A model generated the notes under the pieces. The model saw only the letters and a program-made list of their open reading frames with translations. It was not told the DNA's origin and searched no databases. A stretch of DNA of 64,000 nt from Auanema rhodensis (lineage: Eukaryota > Animalia > Nematoda). The number at the start of each line of letters is the position of its first letter. The first letter of the stretch is position 1. Position numbers and translations under genes: made by a program. The DNA is taken from positions 434,001-498,000 of the forward strand of contig CAXKVF010000079.1 in assembly GCA_964057225.1 (NCBI GenBank), written 5' to 3'. Shown here piece by piece: positions 24,901 to 40,029 of this stretch.

Positions 24901-27900
24901 ACCATGACTTTGAAATTTACGTGAACTTTAATTTATGCTAATTAAATGTACACGTGATGTGCACTTGGTATGTAACTCGCTTCACGTGAAAGATAAAGAG
25001 ATGCGGTTTTCAAAATTAGATTCCCCATGTCCATATTAGTCTAAAAACAAATTTTTATTGATATTGGTTCATGGTAACCATGACTTTGAAATTTACGTGA
25101 ACTTTAACTTATGCTAATTAAATGTACACGTGATGTGCACTTGGTATGTAACTCGCTTCACGTGAAAGATAAAGAGATGCGGTTTTCAAAATTAGATTCC
25201 CCATGTCCATATTAGTCTAAAAACAAATTTTTATTGATATTGGTGCATGGTAACCATGACTTTGAAATTTACGTGAACTTTAATTTATGCTAATTAAATG
25301 TACACGTGATGTGCACTTGGTATGTAACTCGCTTCACGTGAAAGATAAAGAGATGCGGTTTTCAAAATTAGGTTCCCCATGTCCATATTAGTCTAAAAAC
25401 AAATTTTTATTGATATTGGTGCATGGTAACCATGACTTTGAAATTTACGTGAACTTTAATTTATGCTAATTAAATGTACACGTGATGTGCACTTGGTATG
25501 TAACTCGCTTCACGTGAAAGATAAAGAGATGCGGTTTTCAAAATTAGATTCCCCATGTCCATATTAGTCTAAAAACAAATTTTTATTGATATTGGTGCAT
25601 GGTAACCATGACTTTGAAATTTACGTGAACTTTAATTTATGCTAATTAAATGTACACGTTATGTGCACTTGGTATGTAACTCGCTTCACGTGAAAGATAA
25701 AGAGATGCGGTTTTCAAAATTAGATTCCCCATGTCCATATTAGTCTAAAAACAAATTTTTATTGATATTGGTGCATGGTAACCATGACTTTGAAATTTAC
25801 GTGAACTTTAATTTATGCTAATTAAATGTACACGTGATGTGCACTTGGTATGTAACTCGCTTCACGTGAAAGATAAAGAGATGCGGTTTTCAAAATTAGA
25901 TTCCCCATGTCCATATTAGTCTAAAAACAAATTTTTATTGATATTGGTTCATGGTAACCATGACTTTGAAATTTACGTGAACTTTAATTTATGCTAATTA
26001 AATGTACACGTGATGTGCACTTGGTATGTAACTCGCTTCACGTGAAAGATAAAGAGATGCGGTTTTCAAAATTAGATTCCCCATGTCCATATTAGTCTAA
26101 AAACAAATTTTTATTGATATTGGTGCATGGTAACCATGACTTTGAAATTTACGTGAACTTTAATTTATGCTAATTAAATGTACACGTGATGTGCACTTGG
26201 TATGTAACTTGCTTCACGTGAAAGATAAAGAGATGCGGTTTTCAAAATTAGATTCCCCATGTCCATATTAGTCTAAAAACAAATTTTTATTGATATTGGT
26301 GCATGGTAACCATGACTTTGAAATTTACGTGAACTTTAATTTATGCTAATTAAATGTACACGTTATGTGCACTTGGTATGTAACTCGCTTCACGTGAAAG
26401 ATAAAGAGATGCGGTTTTCAAAATTAGATTCCCCATGTCCATATTAGTCTAAAAACAAATTTTTATTGATATTGGTGCATGGTAACCATGACTTTGAAAT
26501 TTACGTGAACTTTAATTTATGCTAATTAAATGTACACGTGATGTGCACTTGGTATGTAACTCGCTTCACGTGAAAGATAAAGAGATGCGGTTTTCAAAAT
26601 TAGATTCCCCATGTCCATATTAGTCTAAAAACAAATTTTTATTGATATTGGTGCATGGTAACCATGACTTTGAAATTTACGTGAACTTTAATTTATGCTA
26701 ATTAAATGTACACGTGATGTGCACTTGGTATGTAACTCGCTTCACGTGAAAGATAAAGAGATGCGGTTTTCAAAATTAGATTCCCCATGTCCATATTAGT
26801 CTAAAAACAAATTTTTATTGATATTGGTTCATGGTAACCATGACTTTGAAATTTACGTGAACTTTAATTTATGCTAATTAAATGTACACGTGATGTGCAC
26901 TTGGTATGTAACTTGCTTCACGTGAAAGATAAAGAGATGCGGTTTTCAAAATTAGATTCCCCATGTCCATATTAGTCTAACAACAAATTTTTATTGATAT
27001 TGGTGCATGGTAACCATGACTTTGAAATTTACGTGAACTTTAATTTATGCTAATTAAATGTACACGTGATGTGCACTTGGTATGTAACTCGCTTCACGTG
27101 AAAGATAAAGAGATGCGGTTTTCAAAATTAGATTCCCCATGTCCATATTAGTCTAAAAACAAATTTTTATTGATATTGGTGCATGGTAACCATGACTTTG
27201 AAATTTACGTGAACTTTAATTTATGCTAATTAAATGTACACGTGATGTGCACTTGGTATGTAACTCGCTTCACGTGAAAGATAAAGAGATGCGGTTTTCA
27301 AAATTAGATTCCCCATGTCCATATTAGTCTAAAAACAAATTTTTATTGATATTGGTGCATGGTAACCATGACTTTGAAATTTACGTGAACTTTAATTTAT
27401 GCTAATTAAATGTACACGTGATGTGCACTTGGTATGTAACTCGCTTCACGTGAAAGATAAAGAGATGCGGTTTTCAAAATTAGATTCCCCATGTCCATAT
27501 TAGTCTAAAAACAAATTTTTATTGATATTGGTTCATGGTAACCATGACTTTGAAATTTACGTGAACTTTAATTTATGCTAATTAAATGTACACGTGATGT
27601 GCACTTGGTATGTAACTTGCTTCACGTGAAAGATAAAGAGATGCGGTTTTCAAAATTAGATTCCCCATGTCCATATTAGTCTAAAAACAAATTTTTATTG
27701 ATATTGGTGCATGGTAACCATGACTTTGAAATTTACGTGAACTTTAATTTATGCTAATTAAATGTACACGTGATGTGCACTTGGTATGTAACTCGCTTCA
27801 CGTGAAAGATAAAGAGATGCGGTTTTCAAAATTAGATTCCCCATGTCCATATTAGTCTAAAAACAAATTTTTATTGATATTGGTTCATGGTAACCATGAC

Positions 27901-30900
27901 TTTGAAATTTACGTGAACTTTAACTTATGCTAATTAAATGTACACGTGATGTGCACTTGGTATGTAACTCGCTTCACGTGAAAGATAAAGAGATGCGGTT
28001 TTCAAAATTAGATTCCCCATGTCCATATTAGTCTAAAAACAAATTTTTATTGATATTGGTGCATGGTAACCATGACTTTGAAATTTACGTGAACTTTAAT
28101 TTATGCTAATTAAATGTACACGTTATGTGCACTTGGTATGTAACTCGCTTCACGTGAAAGATAAAGAGATGCGGTTTTCAAAATTAGATTCCCCATGTCC
28201 ATATTAGTCTAAAAACAAATTTTTATTGATATTGGTGCATGGTAACCATGACTTTGAAATTTACGTGAACTTTAACTTATGCTAATTAAATGTACACGTG
28301 ATGTGCACTTGGTATGTAACTCGCTTCACGTGAAAGATAAAGAGATGCGGTTTTCAAAATTAGATTCCCCATGTCCATATTAGTCTACAAACAAATTTTT
28401 ATTGATATTGGTGCATGGTAACCATGACTTTGAAATTTACGTGAACTTTAATTTATGCTAATTAAATGTACACGTGATGTGCACTTGGTATGTAACTCGC
28501 TTCACGTGAAAGATAAAGAGATGCGGTTTTCAAAATTAGATTCCTCATGTCCATATTAGTCTAAAAACAAATTTTTATTGATATTGGTTCATGGTAACCA
28601 TGACTTTGAAATTTACGTGAACTTTAATTTATGCTAATTAAATGTACACGTGATGTGCACTTGGTATGTAACTCGCTTCACGTGAAAGATAAAGAGATGC
28701 GGTTTTCAAAATTAGATTCCACATGTCCATATTAGTCTAAAAACAAATTTTTATTGATATTGGTGCATGGTAACCATGACTTTGAAATTTACGTGAACTT
28801 TAATTTTTGCTAATTAAATGTACACGTGATGTGCACTTAGTATGTAACTCGCTTCACGTGAAAGATAAAGAGATGTTGTTTTCAAAATTAGATTCCCCAT
28901 GTCCATATTAGTCTAGAAACAAATTTTTATTGATATTGGTTCATGGTAACCATGACTTTGAAATTTACGTGAACTTTAATTTATGCTAATTAAATGTACA
29001 CGTGATGTGCACTTGGTATGTAACTCGCTTCACGTGAAAGATAAAGAGATGCGGTTTTCAAAATTAGATTCCCCATGTCCATATTAGTCTAAAAACAAAT
29101 TTTTATTGATATTGGTGCATGGTAACCATGACTTTGAAATTTACGTGAACTTTAATTTATGCTAATTAAATGTACACGTGATGTGCACTTGGTATGTAAC
29201 TCGCTTCACGTGAAAGATAAAGAGATGCGGTTTTCAAAATTAGATTCCCCATGTCCATATTAGTCTAAAAACAAATTTTTATTGATATTGGTTCATGGTA
29301 ACCATGACTTTGAAATTTACGTGAACTTTAATTTATGCTAATTAAATGTACACGTGATGTGCACTTGGTATGTAACTTGCTTCACGTGAAAGATAAAGAG
29401 ATGCGGTTTTCAAAATTAGATTCCCCATGTCCATATTAGTCTACAAACAAATTTTTATTGATATTGGTGCATGGTAACCATGACTTTGAAATTTACGTGA
29501 ACTTTAATTTATGCTAATTAAATGTACACGTGATGTGCACTTGGTATGTAACTCGCTTCACGTGAAAGATAAAGAGATGCGGTTTCCAAAATTAGATTCC
29601 CCATGTCCATATTAGTCTAAAAACAAATTTTTATTGATATTGGTGCATGGTAACCATGACTTTGAAATTTACGTGAACTTTAATTTATGCTAATTAAATG
29701 TACACGTGATGTGCACTTGGTATGTAACTCGCTTCACGTGAAAGATAAAGAGATGCGGTTTTCAAAATTAGATTCCCCATGTCCATATTAGTCTAAAAAC
29801 AAATTTTTATTGATATTGGTTCATGGTAACCATGACTTTGAAATTTACGTGAACTTTAATTTATGCTAATTAAATGTACACGTGATGTGCACTTGGTATG
29901 TAACTTGCTTCACGTGAAAGATAAAGAGATGCGGTTTTCAAAATTAGATTCCCCATGTCCATATTAGTCTAAAAACAAATTTTTATTGATATTGGTGCAT
30001 GGTAACCATGACTTTGAAATTTACGTGAACTTTAATTTATGCTAATTAAATGTACACGTGATGTGCACTTGGTATGTAACTCGCTTCACGTGAAAGATAA
30101 AGAGATGCGGTTTTCAAAATTAGATTCCCCATGTCCATATTAGTCTACAAACAAATTTTTATTGATATTGGTGCATGGTAACCATGACTTTGAAATTTAC
30201 GTGAACTTTAATTTATGCTAATTAAATGTACACGTGATGTGCACTTGGTATGTAACTCGCTTCACGTGAAAGATAAAGAGATGCGGTTTCCAAAATTAGA
30301 TTCCCCATGTCCATATTAGTCTAAAAACAAATTTTTATTGATATTGGTTCATGGTAACCATGTCTTTGAAAATTACGTGAACTTTAATTTATGCTAATTA
30401 AATGTACACGTGATGTGCACTTGGTATGTAACTCGCTTCACGTGAAAGATAAAGAGATGCGGTTTTCAAAATTAGATTCCACATGTCCATATTAGTCTAA
30501 AAACAAATTTTTATTGATATTGGTGCATGGTAACCATGACTTTGAAATTTACGTGAACTTTAATTTATGCTAATTAAATGTACACGTGATGTGCACTTAG
30601 TATGTAACTCGCTTCACGTGAAAGATAAAGAGATGTTGTTTTCAAAATTAGATTCCCCATGTCCATATTAGTCTAAAAACAAATTTTTATTGATATTGGT
30701 TCATGGTAACCATGACTTTGAAATTTACGTGAACTTTAATTTATGCTAATTAAATGTACACGTGATGTGCACTTGGTATGTAACTCGCTTCACGTGAAAG
30801 ATAAAGAGATGCGGTTTTCAAAATTAGATTCCCCATGTCCATATTAGTCTAAAAACAAATTTTTATTGATATTGGTGCATGGTAACCATGACTTTGAAAT

Positions 30901-33900
30901 TTACGTGAACTTTAATTTATGCTAATTAAATGTACACGTGATGTGCACTTGGTATGTAACTCGCTTCACGTGAAAGATAAAGAGATGCGGTTTTCAAAAT
31001 TAGATTCCCCATGTCCATATTAGTCTAAAAACAAATTTTTATTGATATTGGTTCATGGTAACCATGACTTTGAAATTTACGTGAACTTTAATTTATGCTA
31101 ATTAAATGTACACGTGATGTGCACTTGGTATGTAACTTGCTTCACGTGAAAGATAAAGAGATGCGGTTTTCAAAATTAGATTCCCCATGTCCATATTAGT
31201 CTAAAAACAAATTTTTATTGATATTGGTGCATGGTAACCATGACTTTGAAAATTACGGGAACTTTAATTTATGCTAATTAAATGTACACGTTATGTGCAC
31301 TTGGTATGTAACTCGCTTCACGTGAAAGATAAAGAGATGCGGTTTTCAAAATTAGATTCCCCATGTCCATATTAGTCTAAAAACAAATTTTTATTGATAT
31401 TGGTGCATGGTAACCATGACTTTGAAATTTACGTGAACTTTAATTTATGCTAATTAAATGTACACGTGATGTGCACTTGGTATGTAACTCGCTTCACGTG
31501 AAAGATAAAGAGATGCGGTTTTCAAAATTAGATTCCCCATGTCCATATTAGTCTAAAAACAAATTTTTATTGATATTGGTTCATGGTAACCATGACTTTG
31601 AAATTTACGTGAACTTTAATTTATGCTAATTAAATGTACACGTGATGTGCACTTGGTATGTAACTCGCTTCACGTGAAAGATAAAGAGATGCGGTTTTCA
31701 AAATTAGATTCCCCATGTCCATATTAGTCTAAAAACAAATTTTTATTGATATTGGTTCATGGTAACCATGACTTTGAAATTTACGTGAACTTTAATTTAT
31801 GCTAATTAAATGTACACGTGATGTGCACTTGGTATGTAACTTGCTTCACGTGAAAGATAAAGAGATGCGGTTTTCAAAATTAGATTCCCCATGTCCATAT
31901 TAGTCTAAAAACAAATTTTTATTGATATTGGTGCATGGTAACCATGACTTTGAAATTTACGTGAACTTTAATTTATGCTAATTAAATGTACACGTGATGT
32001 GCACTTGGTATGTAACTCGCTTCACGTGAAAGATAAAGAGATGCGGTTTTCAAAATTAGATTCCCCATGTCCATATTAGTCTAAAAACAAATTTTTATTG
32101 ATATTGGTTCATGGTAACCATGACTTTGAAATTTACGTGAACTTTAACTTATGCTAATTAAATGTACACGTGATGTGCACTTGGTATGTAACTCGCTTCA
32201 CGTGAAAGATAAAGAGATGCGATTTTCAAAATTAGATTCCCCATGTCCATATTAGTCTAAAAACAAATTTTTATTGATATTGGTGCATGGTAACCATGAC
32301 TTTGAAATTTACGTGAACTTTAATTTATGCTAATTAAATGTACACGTGATGTGCACTTGGTATGTAACTCGCTTCACGTGAAAGATAAAGAGATGCGGTT
32401 TTCAAAATTAGATTCCCCATGTCCATATTAGTCTAAAAACAAATTTTTATTGATATTGGTGCATGGTAACCATGACTTTGAAATTTACGTGAACTTTAAT
32501 TTATGCTAATTAAATGTACACGTGATGTGCACTTGGTATGTAACTCGCTTCACGTGAAAGATAAAGAGATGAGGTTTTCAAAATTAGATTCCCCATGTCC
32601 ATATTAGTCTAAAAACAAATTTTTATTGATATTGGTTCATGGTAACCATGACTTTGAAATTTACGTGAACTTTAATTTATGCTAATTAAATGTACACGTG
32701 ATGTGCACTTGGTATGTAACTTGCTTCACGTGAAAGATAAAGAGATGCGGTTTTCAAAATTAGATTCCCCATGTCCATATTAGTCTAAAAACAAATTTTT
32801 ATTGATATTGGTGCATGGTAACCATGACTTTGAAATTTACGTGAACTTTAATTTATGCTAATTAAATGTACACGTGATGTGCACTTGGTATGTAACTCGC
32901 TTCACGTGAAAGATAAAGAGATGCGGTTTTCAAAATTAGATTCCCCATGTCCATATTAGTCTAAAAACAAATTTTTATTGATATTGGTTCATGGTAACCA
33001 TGTCTTTGAAAATTACGTGAACTTTAATTTATGCTAATTAAATGTACACGTGATGTGCACTTGGTATGTAACTCGCTTCACGTGAAAGATAAAGAGATGC
33101 GGTTTTCAAAATTAGATTCCACATGTCCATATTAGTCTAAAAACAAATTTTTATTGATATTGGTGCATGGTAACCATGACTTTGAAATTTACGTGAACTT
33201 TAATTTATGCTAATTAAATGTACACGTGATGTGCACTTAGTATGTAACTCGCTTCATGTGAAAGATAAAGAGATGTGGTTTTCAAAATTAGATTCCCCAT
33301 GTCCATATTAGTCTAAAAACAAATTTTTATTGATATTGGTTCATGGTAACCATGACTTTGAAATTTACGTGAACTTTAATTTATGCTAATTAAATGTACA
33401 CGTGATGTGCACTTGGTATGTAACTCGCTTCACGTGAAAGATAAAGAGATGCGGTTTTCAAAATTAGATTCCCCATGTCCATATTAGTCTAAAAACAAAT
33501 TTTTATTGATATTGGTTCATGGTAACCATGACTTTGAAATTTACGTGAACTTTAATTTATTCTAATTAAATGTACACGTGATGTGCACTTGGTATGTAAC
33601 TCGCTTCACGTGAAAGATAAAGAGATGAGGTTTTCAAAATTAGATTCCCCATGTCCATATTAGTCTAAAAACAAATTTTTATTGATATTGGTTCATGGTA
33701 ACCATGACTTTGAAATTTACGTGAACTTTAATTTATGCTAATTAAATGTACACGTGATGTGCACTTGGTATGTAACTCGCTTCACGTGAAAGATAAAGAG
33801 ATGCGGTTTCCAAAATTAGATTCCCCATGTCCATATTAGTCTAAAAACAAATTTTTATTGATATTGGTTCATGGTAACCATGACTTTGAAATTTACGTGA

Positions 33901-36900
33901 ACTTTAACTTATGCTAATTAAATGTACACGTGATGTGCACTTGGTATGTAACTCGCTTCACGTGAAAGATAAAGAGATGCGGTTTTCAAAATTAGATTCC
34001 CCATGTCCATATTAGTCTAAAAACAAATTTTTATTGATATTGGTTCATGGTAACCATGACTTTGAAATTTACGTGAACTTTAATTTATGCTAATTAAATG
34101 TACACGTGATGTGCACTTGGTATGTAACTTGCTTCACGTGAAAGATAAAGAGATGCGGTTTTCAAAATTAGATTCCCCATGTCCATATTAGTCTAAAAAC
34201 AAATTTTTATTGATATTGGTGCATGGTAACCATGACTTTGAAATTTACGTGAACTTTAATTTATGCTAATTAAATGTACACGTGATGTGCACTTGGTATG
34301 TAACTCGCTTCACGTGAAAGATAAAGAGATGCGGTTTTCAAAATTAGATTCCCCATGTCCATATTAGTCTAAAAACAAATTTTTATTGATATTGGTTCAT
34401 GGTAACCATGACTTTGAAATTTACGTGAACTTTAATTTATGCTAATTAAATGTACACGTGATGTGCACTTGGTATGTAACTCGCTTCACGTGAAAGATAA
34501 AGAGATGCGGTTTTCAAAATTAGATTCCCCATGTCCATATTAGTCTAAAAACAAATTTTTATTGATATTGGTTCATGGTAACCATGACTTTGAAATTTAC
34601 GTGAACTTTAACTTATGCTAATTGAATGTACACGTGATGTGCACTTGGTATGTAACTCGCTTCACGTGAAAGATAAAGAGATGCGGTTTTCAAAATTAGA
34701 TTCCCCATGTTCATATTAGTCTAAAAACAAATTTTTATTGATATTGGTGCATGGTAACCATGACTTTGAAATTTACGTGAACTTTAATTTATGCTAATTA
34801 AATGTACACGTTATGTGCACTTGGTATGTAACTCGCTTCACGTGAAAGATAAAGAGATGCGGTTTTCAAAATTAGATTCCCCATGTTCATATTAGTCTAA
34901 AAACAAATTTTTATTGATATTGGTTCATGGTAACCATGACTTTGAAATTTACGTGGACTTTAATTTATGCTAATTAAATGTACACGTGATGTGCACTTGG
35001 TATGTAACTCGCTTCACGTGAAAGATAAAGAGATGCGGTTTTCAAAATTAGATTCTCCATGTCCATATTAGTCTAAAAACAAATTTTTATTGATATTGGT
35101 TCATGGTAACCATGACTTTGAAATTTACGTGAACTTTAATTTATGCTAATTAAATGTACACGTGATGTGCACTTGGTATGTAACTCGCTTCACGTGAAAG
35201 ATAAAGAGATTCGGTTTTCAAAATTAGATTCCCCATGTCCATATTAGTGTAAAAACAAATTTTTATTGATATTGGTTCATGGTAACCATGACTTTGAAAT
35301 TTACGTGAACTTTAATTTATGCTAATTAAATGTACACGTGATGTGCACTTGGTATGTAACTCGCTTCACGTGAAAGATAAAGAGATGCGGTTTTCAAAAT
35401 TAGATTCCCCATGTCCATATTAGTCTAAAAACAAATTTTTATTGATACTAATTCATGATAACCATGATTTTGAAATTTACGTGAACTTTAATTTATGCTA
35501 TTTAAATGTACACGTGATGTGCACTTAGTATGTACCTCGCTTCACGTGAAAGATGAAGAGATGCGGTTTTCAAAATTAGATTCCCCATGTCCATATTAGT
35601 CTAAAAACAAATTTTTATTGATATTGGTGCATGGTAACCATGACTTTGAAATTTACGTGAACTTTAATTTATGCTAATTAAATGTACACGTGATGTGCAC
35701 TTGGTATGTAACTCGCTTCACGTGAAAGATAAAGAGATGCGGTTTTCAAAATTAGATCCCCCATGTTCATATTAGTCTAAAAACAAATTTTTATTGATAT
35801 TGGTTCATGGTAACCATGACTTTGAAATTTACGTGAACTTTAATTTATGCTAATTAAATGTACACGTGATGTGCACTTGGTATGTAACTTGCTTCACGTG
35901 AAAGATAAAGAGATGCGGTTTTCAAAATTAGATTCCTCATGTCCATATTAGTCTAAAAACAAATTTTTATTGATATTGGTGCATGGTAACCATGACTTTG
36001 AAATTTACGTGAACTTTAATTTATGCTAATTAAATGTACACGTGATGTGCACTTGGTATGTAACTCGCTTCACGTGAAAGATAAAGAGATGCGGTTTTCA
36101 AAATTAGATTCCCCATGTCCATATTAGTCTAAAAACAAATTTTTATTGATATTAATTCATGATAACCATGATTTTGAAATTTACGTGAACTTTAATTTAT
36201 GCTATTTAAATGTACACGTGATGTGCACTTGGTATGTAACTCGCTTCACGTGAAAGATGAAGAGATGCGGTTTTCAAAATTAGATTCCCCATGTCCATAT
36301 TAGTCTAAAAACAAATTTTTATTGATATTGGTGCATGGTAACCATGACTTTGAAATTTACGTGAACTTTAATTTATGCTAATTAAATGTACACGTGATGT
36401 GCACTTGGTATGTAACTCGCTTCACGTGAAAGATAAAGAGATGCGGTTTTCAAAATTAGATTCCCCATGTTCATATTAGTCTAAAAACAAATTTTTATTG
36501 ATATTGGTTCATGGTAACCATGACTTTGAAATTTACGTGAACTTTAATTTATGCTAATTAAATGTACACGTGATGTGCACTTGGTATGTAACTCGCTTCA
36601 CGTGAAAGATAAAGAGATGCGGTTTTCAAAATTAGATTCCTCATGTCCATATTAGTCTAAAAACAAATTTTTATTGATATTGGTTCATGGTAACCATGAC
36701 TTTGAAATTTACGTGAACTTTAATTTATGCTAATTAAATATACACGTGATGTGCACTTGGTATGTAACTCGCTTCACGTGAAAGATAAAGAGATGCGGTT
36801 TTCAAAATTAGATTCCCCATGTCCATATTAGTCTAAAAACAAATTTTTATTGATATTGGTGCATGGTAACCATGACTTGGAAATTTACGTGAACTTTAAT

Positions 36901-39776
36901 TTATGCTAATTAAATGTACACGTGATGTGCACTTGGTATGTAACTCGCTTCACGTGAAAGATAAAGAGATGCGGTTTTCAAAATTAGATTCCCCATGTCC
37001 ATATTAGTCTAAAAACAAATTTTTATTGATATTGGTTCATGGTAACCATGACTTTGAAATTTACGTGAACTTTAATTTATGCTAATTAAATGTACACGTG
37101 ATGTGCACTTGGTATGTAACTCGTTTCACGTGAAAGATAAAGAGATGCGGTTTTCAAAATTAGATTCCCCATGTCCATATTAGTCTAAAAACAAATTTTT
37201 ATTGATATTGGTTCATGGTAACCATGACTTTGAAATTTACGTGAACTTTAACTTATGCTAATTAAATGTACACGTGATGTGCACTTGGTATGTAACTCGC
37301 TTCACGTGAAAGATAAAGAGATGCGGTTTTCAAAATTAGATTCCCCATGTCCATATTAGTCTAAAAACAAATTTTTATTGATATTGGTGCATGGTAACCA
37401 TGACTTTGAAATTTACGTGAACTTTAATTTATGCTAATTAAATGTACACGTGATGTGCACTTGGTATGTAACTCGCTTCACGTGAAAGATAAAGAGATGC
37501 GGTTTTCAAAATTAGATTCCCCATGTCCATATTAGTCTAAAAACAAATTTTTATTGATATTGGTGCATGGTAACCATGACTTTGAAATTTACGTGAACTT
37601 TAATTTATGCTAATTAAATGTACACGTGATGTGCACTTGGTATGTAACTCGCTTCACGTGAAAGATAAAGAGATGCGGTTTTCAAAATTAGATTCCCCAT
37701 GTCCATATTAGTCTAAAAACAAATTTTTATTGATATTGGTGCATGGTAACCATGACTTTGAAATTTACGTGAACTTTAATTTATGCTAATTAAATGTACA
37801 CGTGATGTGCACTTGGTATGTAACTCGCTTCACGTGAAAGATAAAGAGATGCGGTTTTCAAAATTAGATTCCCCATGTCCATATTAGTCTAAAAACAAAT
37901 TTTTATTGATATTGGTTCATGGTAACCATGACTTTGAAATTTACGTGAACTTTAATTTATGCTAATTAAATGTACACGTGATGTGCACTTGGTATGTAAC
38001 TCGTTTCACGTGAAAGATAAAGAGATGCGGTTTTCAAAATTAGATTCCCCATGTCCATATTAGTCTAAAAACAAATTTTTATTGATATTGGTTCATGGTA
38101 ACCATGACTTTGAAATTTACGTGAACTTTAACTTATGCTAATTAAATGTACACGTGATGTGCACTTGGTATGTAACTCGCTTCACGTGAAAGATAAAGAG
38201 ATGCGGTTTTCAAAATTAGATTCCCCATGTCCATATTAGTCTAAAAACAAATTTTTATTGATATTGGTGCATGGTAACCATGACTTTGAAATTTACGTGA
38301 ACTTTAATTTATGCTAATTAAATGTACACGTGATGTGCACTTGGTATGTAACTCGCTTCACGTGAAAGATAAAGAGATGCGGTTTTCAAAATTAGATTCC
38401 CCATGTCCATATTAGTCTAAAAACAAATTTTTATTGATATTGGTGCATGGTAACCATGACTTTGAAATTTACGTGAACTTTAATTTATGCTAATTAAATG
38501 TACACGTGATGTGCACTTGGTATGTAACTCGCTTCACGTGAAAGATAAAGAGATGCGGTTTTCAAAATTAGATTCCCCATGTCCATATTAGTCTAAAAAC
38601 AAATTTTTATTGATATTGGTGCATGGTAACCATGACTTTGAAATTTACGTGAACTTTAATTTATGCTAATTAAATGTACACGTGATGTGCACTTGGTATG
38701 TAACTCGCTTCACGTGAAAGATAAAGAGATGCGGTTTTCAAAATTAGATTCCCCATGTCCATATTAGTCTAAAAACAAATTTTTATTGATATTGGTGCAT
38801 GGTAACCATGACTTTGAAATTTACGTGAACTTTAATTTATGCTAATTAAATTTACACGTGATGTGCACTTGGTATGTAACTCGCTTCACGTGAAAGATAA
38901 AGAGATGCGGTTTTCAAAATTAGATTCCCCATGTCCATATTAGTCTAAAAACAAATTTTTATTGATATTGGTGCATGGTAACCATGACTTTGAAATTTAC
39001 GTGAACTTTAATTTATGCTAATTAAATGTACACGTGATGTGCACTTGGTATGTAACTCGCTTCACGTGAAAGATAAAGAGATGCGGTTTTCAAAATTAGA
39101 TCCCCCATGTTCATATTAGTCTAAAAACAAATTTTTATTGATATTGGTTCATGGTAACCATGACTTTGAAATTTACGTGAACTTTAATTTATGCTAATTA
39201 AATGTACACGTGATGTGCACTTGGTATGTAACTTGCTTCACGTGAAAGATAAAGAGATGCGGTTTTCAAAATTAGATTCCTCATGTCCATATTAGTCTAA
39301 AAACAAATTTTTATTGATATTGGTTCATGGTAACCATGACTTTGAAATTTACGTGAACTTTAATTTATGCTAATTAAATGTACACGTGATGTGCACTTGG
39401 TATGTAACTTGCTTCACGTGAAAGATAAAGAGATGCGGTTTTCAAAATTAGATTCCTCATGTCCATATTAGTCTAAAAACAAATTTTTATTGATATTGGT
39501 GCATGGTAACCATGACTTTGAAATTTACGTGAACTTTAATTTATGCTAATTAAATGTACACGTGATGTGCACTTGGTATGTAACTCGCTTCACGTGAAAG
39601 ATAAAGAGATGCGGTTTTCAAAATTAGATTCCCCATGTCCATATTAGTCTAAAAACAAATTTTTATTGATATTAATTCATGATAACCATGATTTTGAAAT
39701 TTACGTGAACTTTAATTTATGCTATTTAAATGTACACGTGATGTGCACTTGGTATGTAACTCGCTTCACGTGAAAG

Positions 39777-40029
39777 ATGAAGAGATGCGGTTTTCAAAAT
39801 TAGATTCCCCATGTCCATATTAGTCTAAAAACAAATTTTTATTGATATTAATTCATGATAACCATGATTTTGAAATTTACGTGAACTTTAATTTATGAAA
39901 TATGAAAACAAATTTTTATTGATATTAATTCATGATAACCATGATTTTGAAATTTACGTGAACTTTAATTTATGCTATTTAAATGTACACGTGATGTGCA
40001 CTTGGTATGTAACTCGCTTCACGTGAAAG
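39777..40029 (+). repeat. 253-bp variant monomer (7-bp filler aaatatg + duplication of monomer positions 52-121), copy 1
   Basis: atttatg|aaatatg|aaaacaaattttt. Filler 39898-39904, duplicated segment 39905-39974, phase shifts by +77. Confidence 0.95.
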
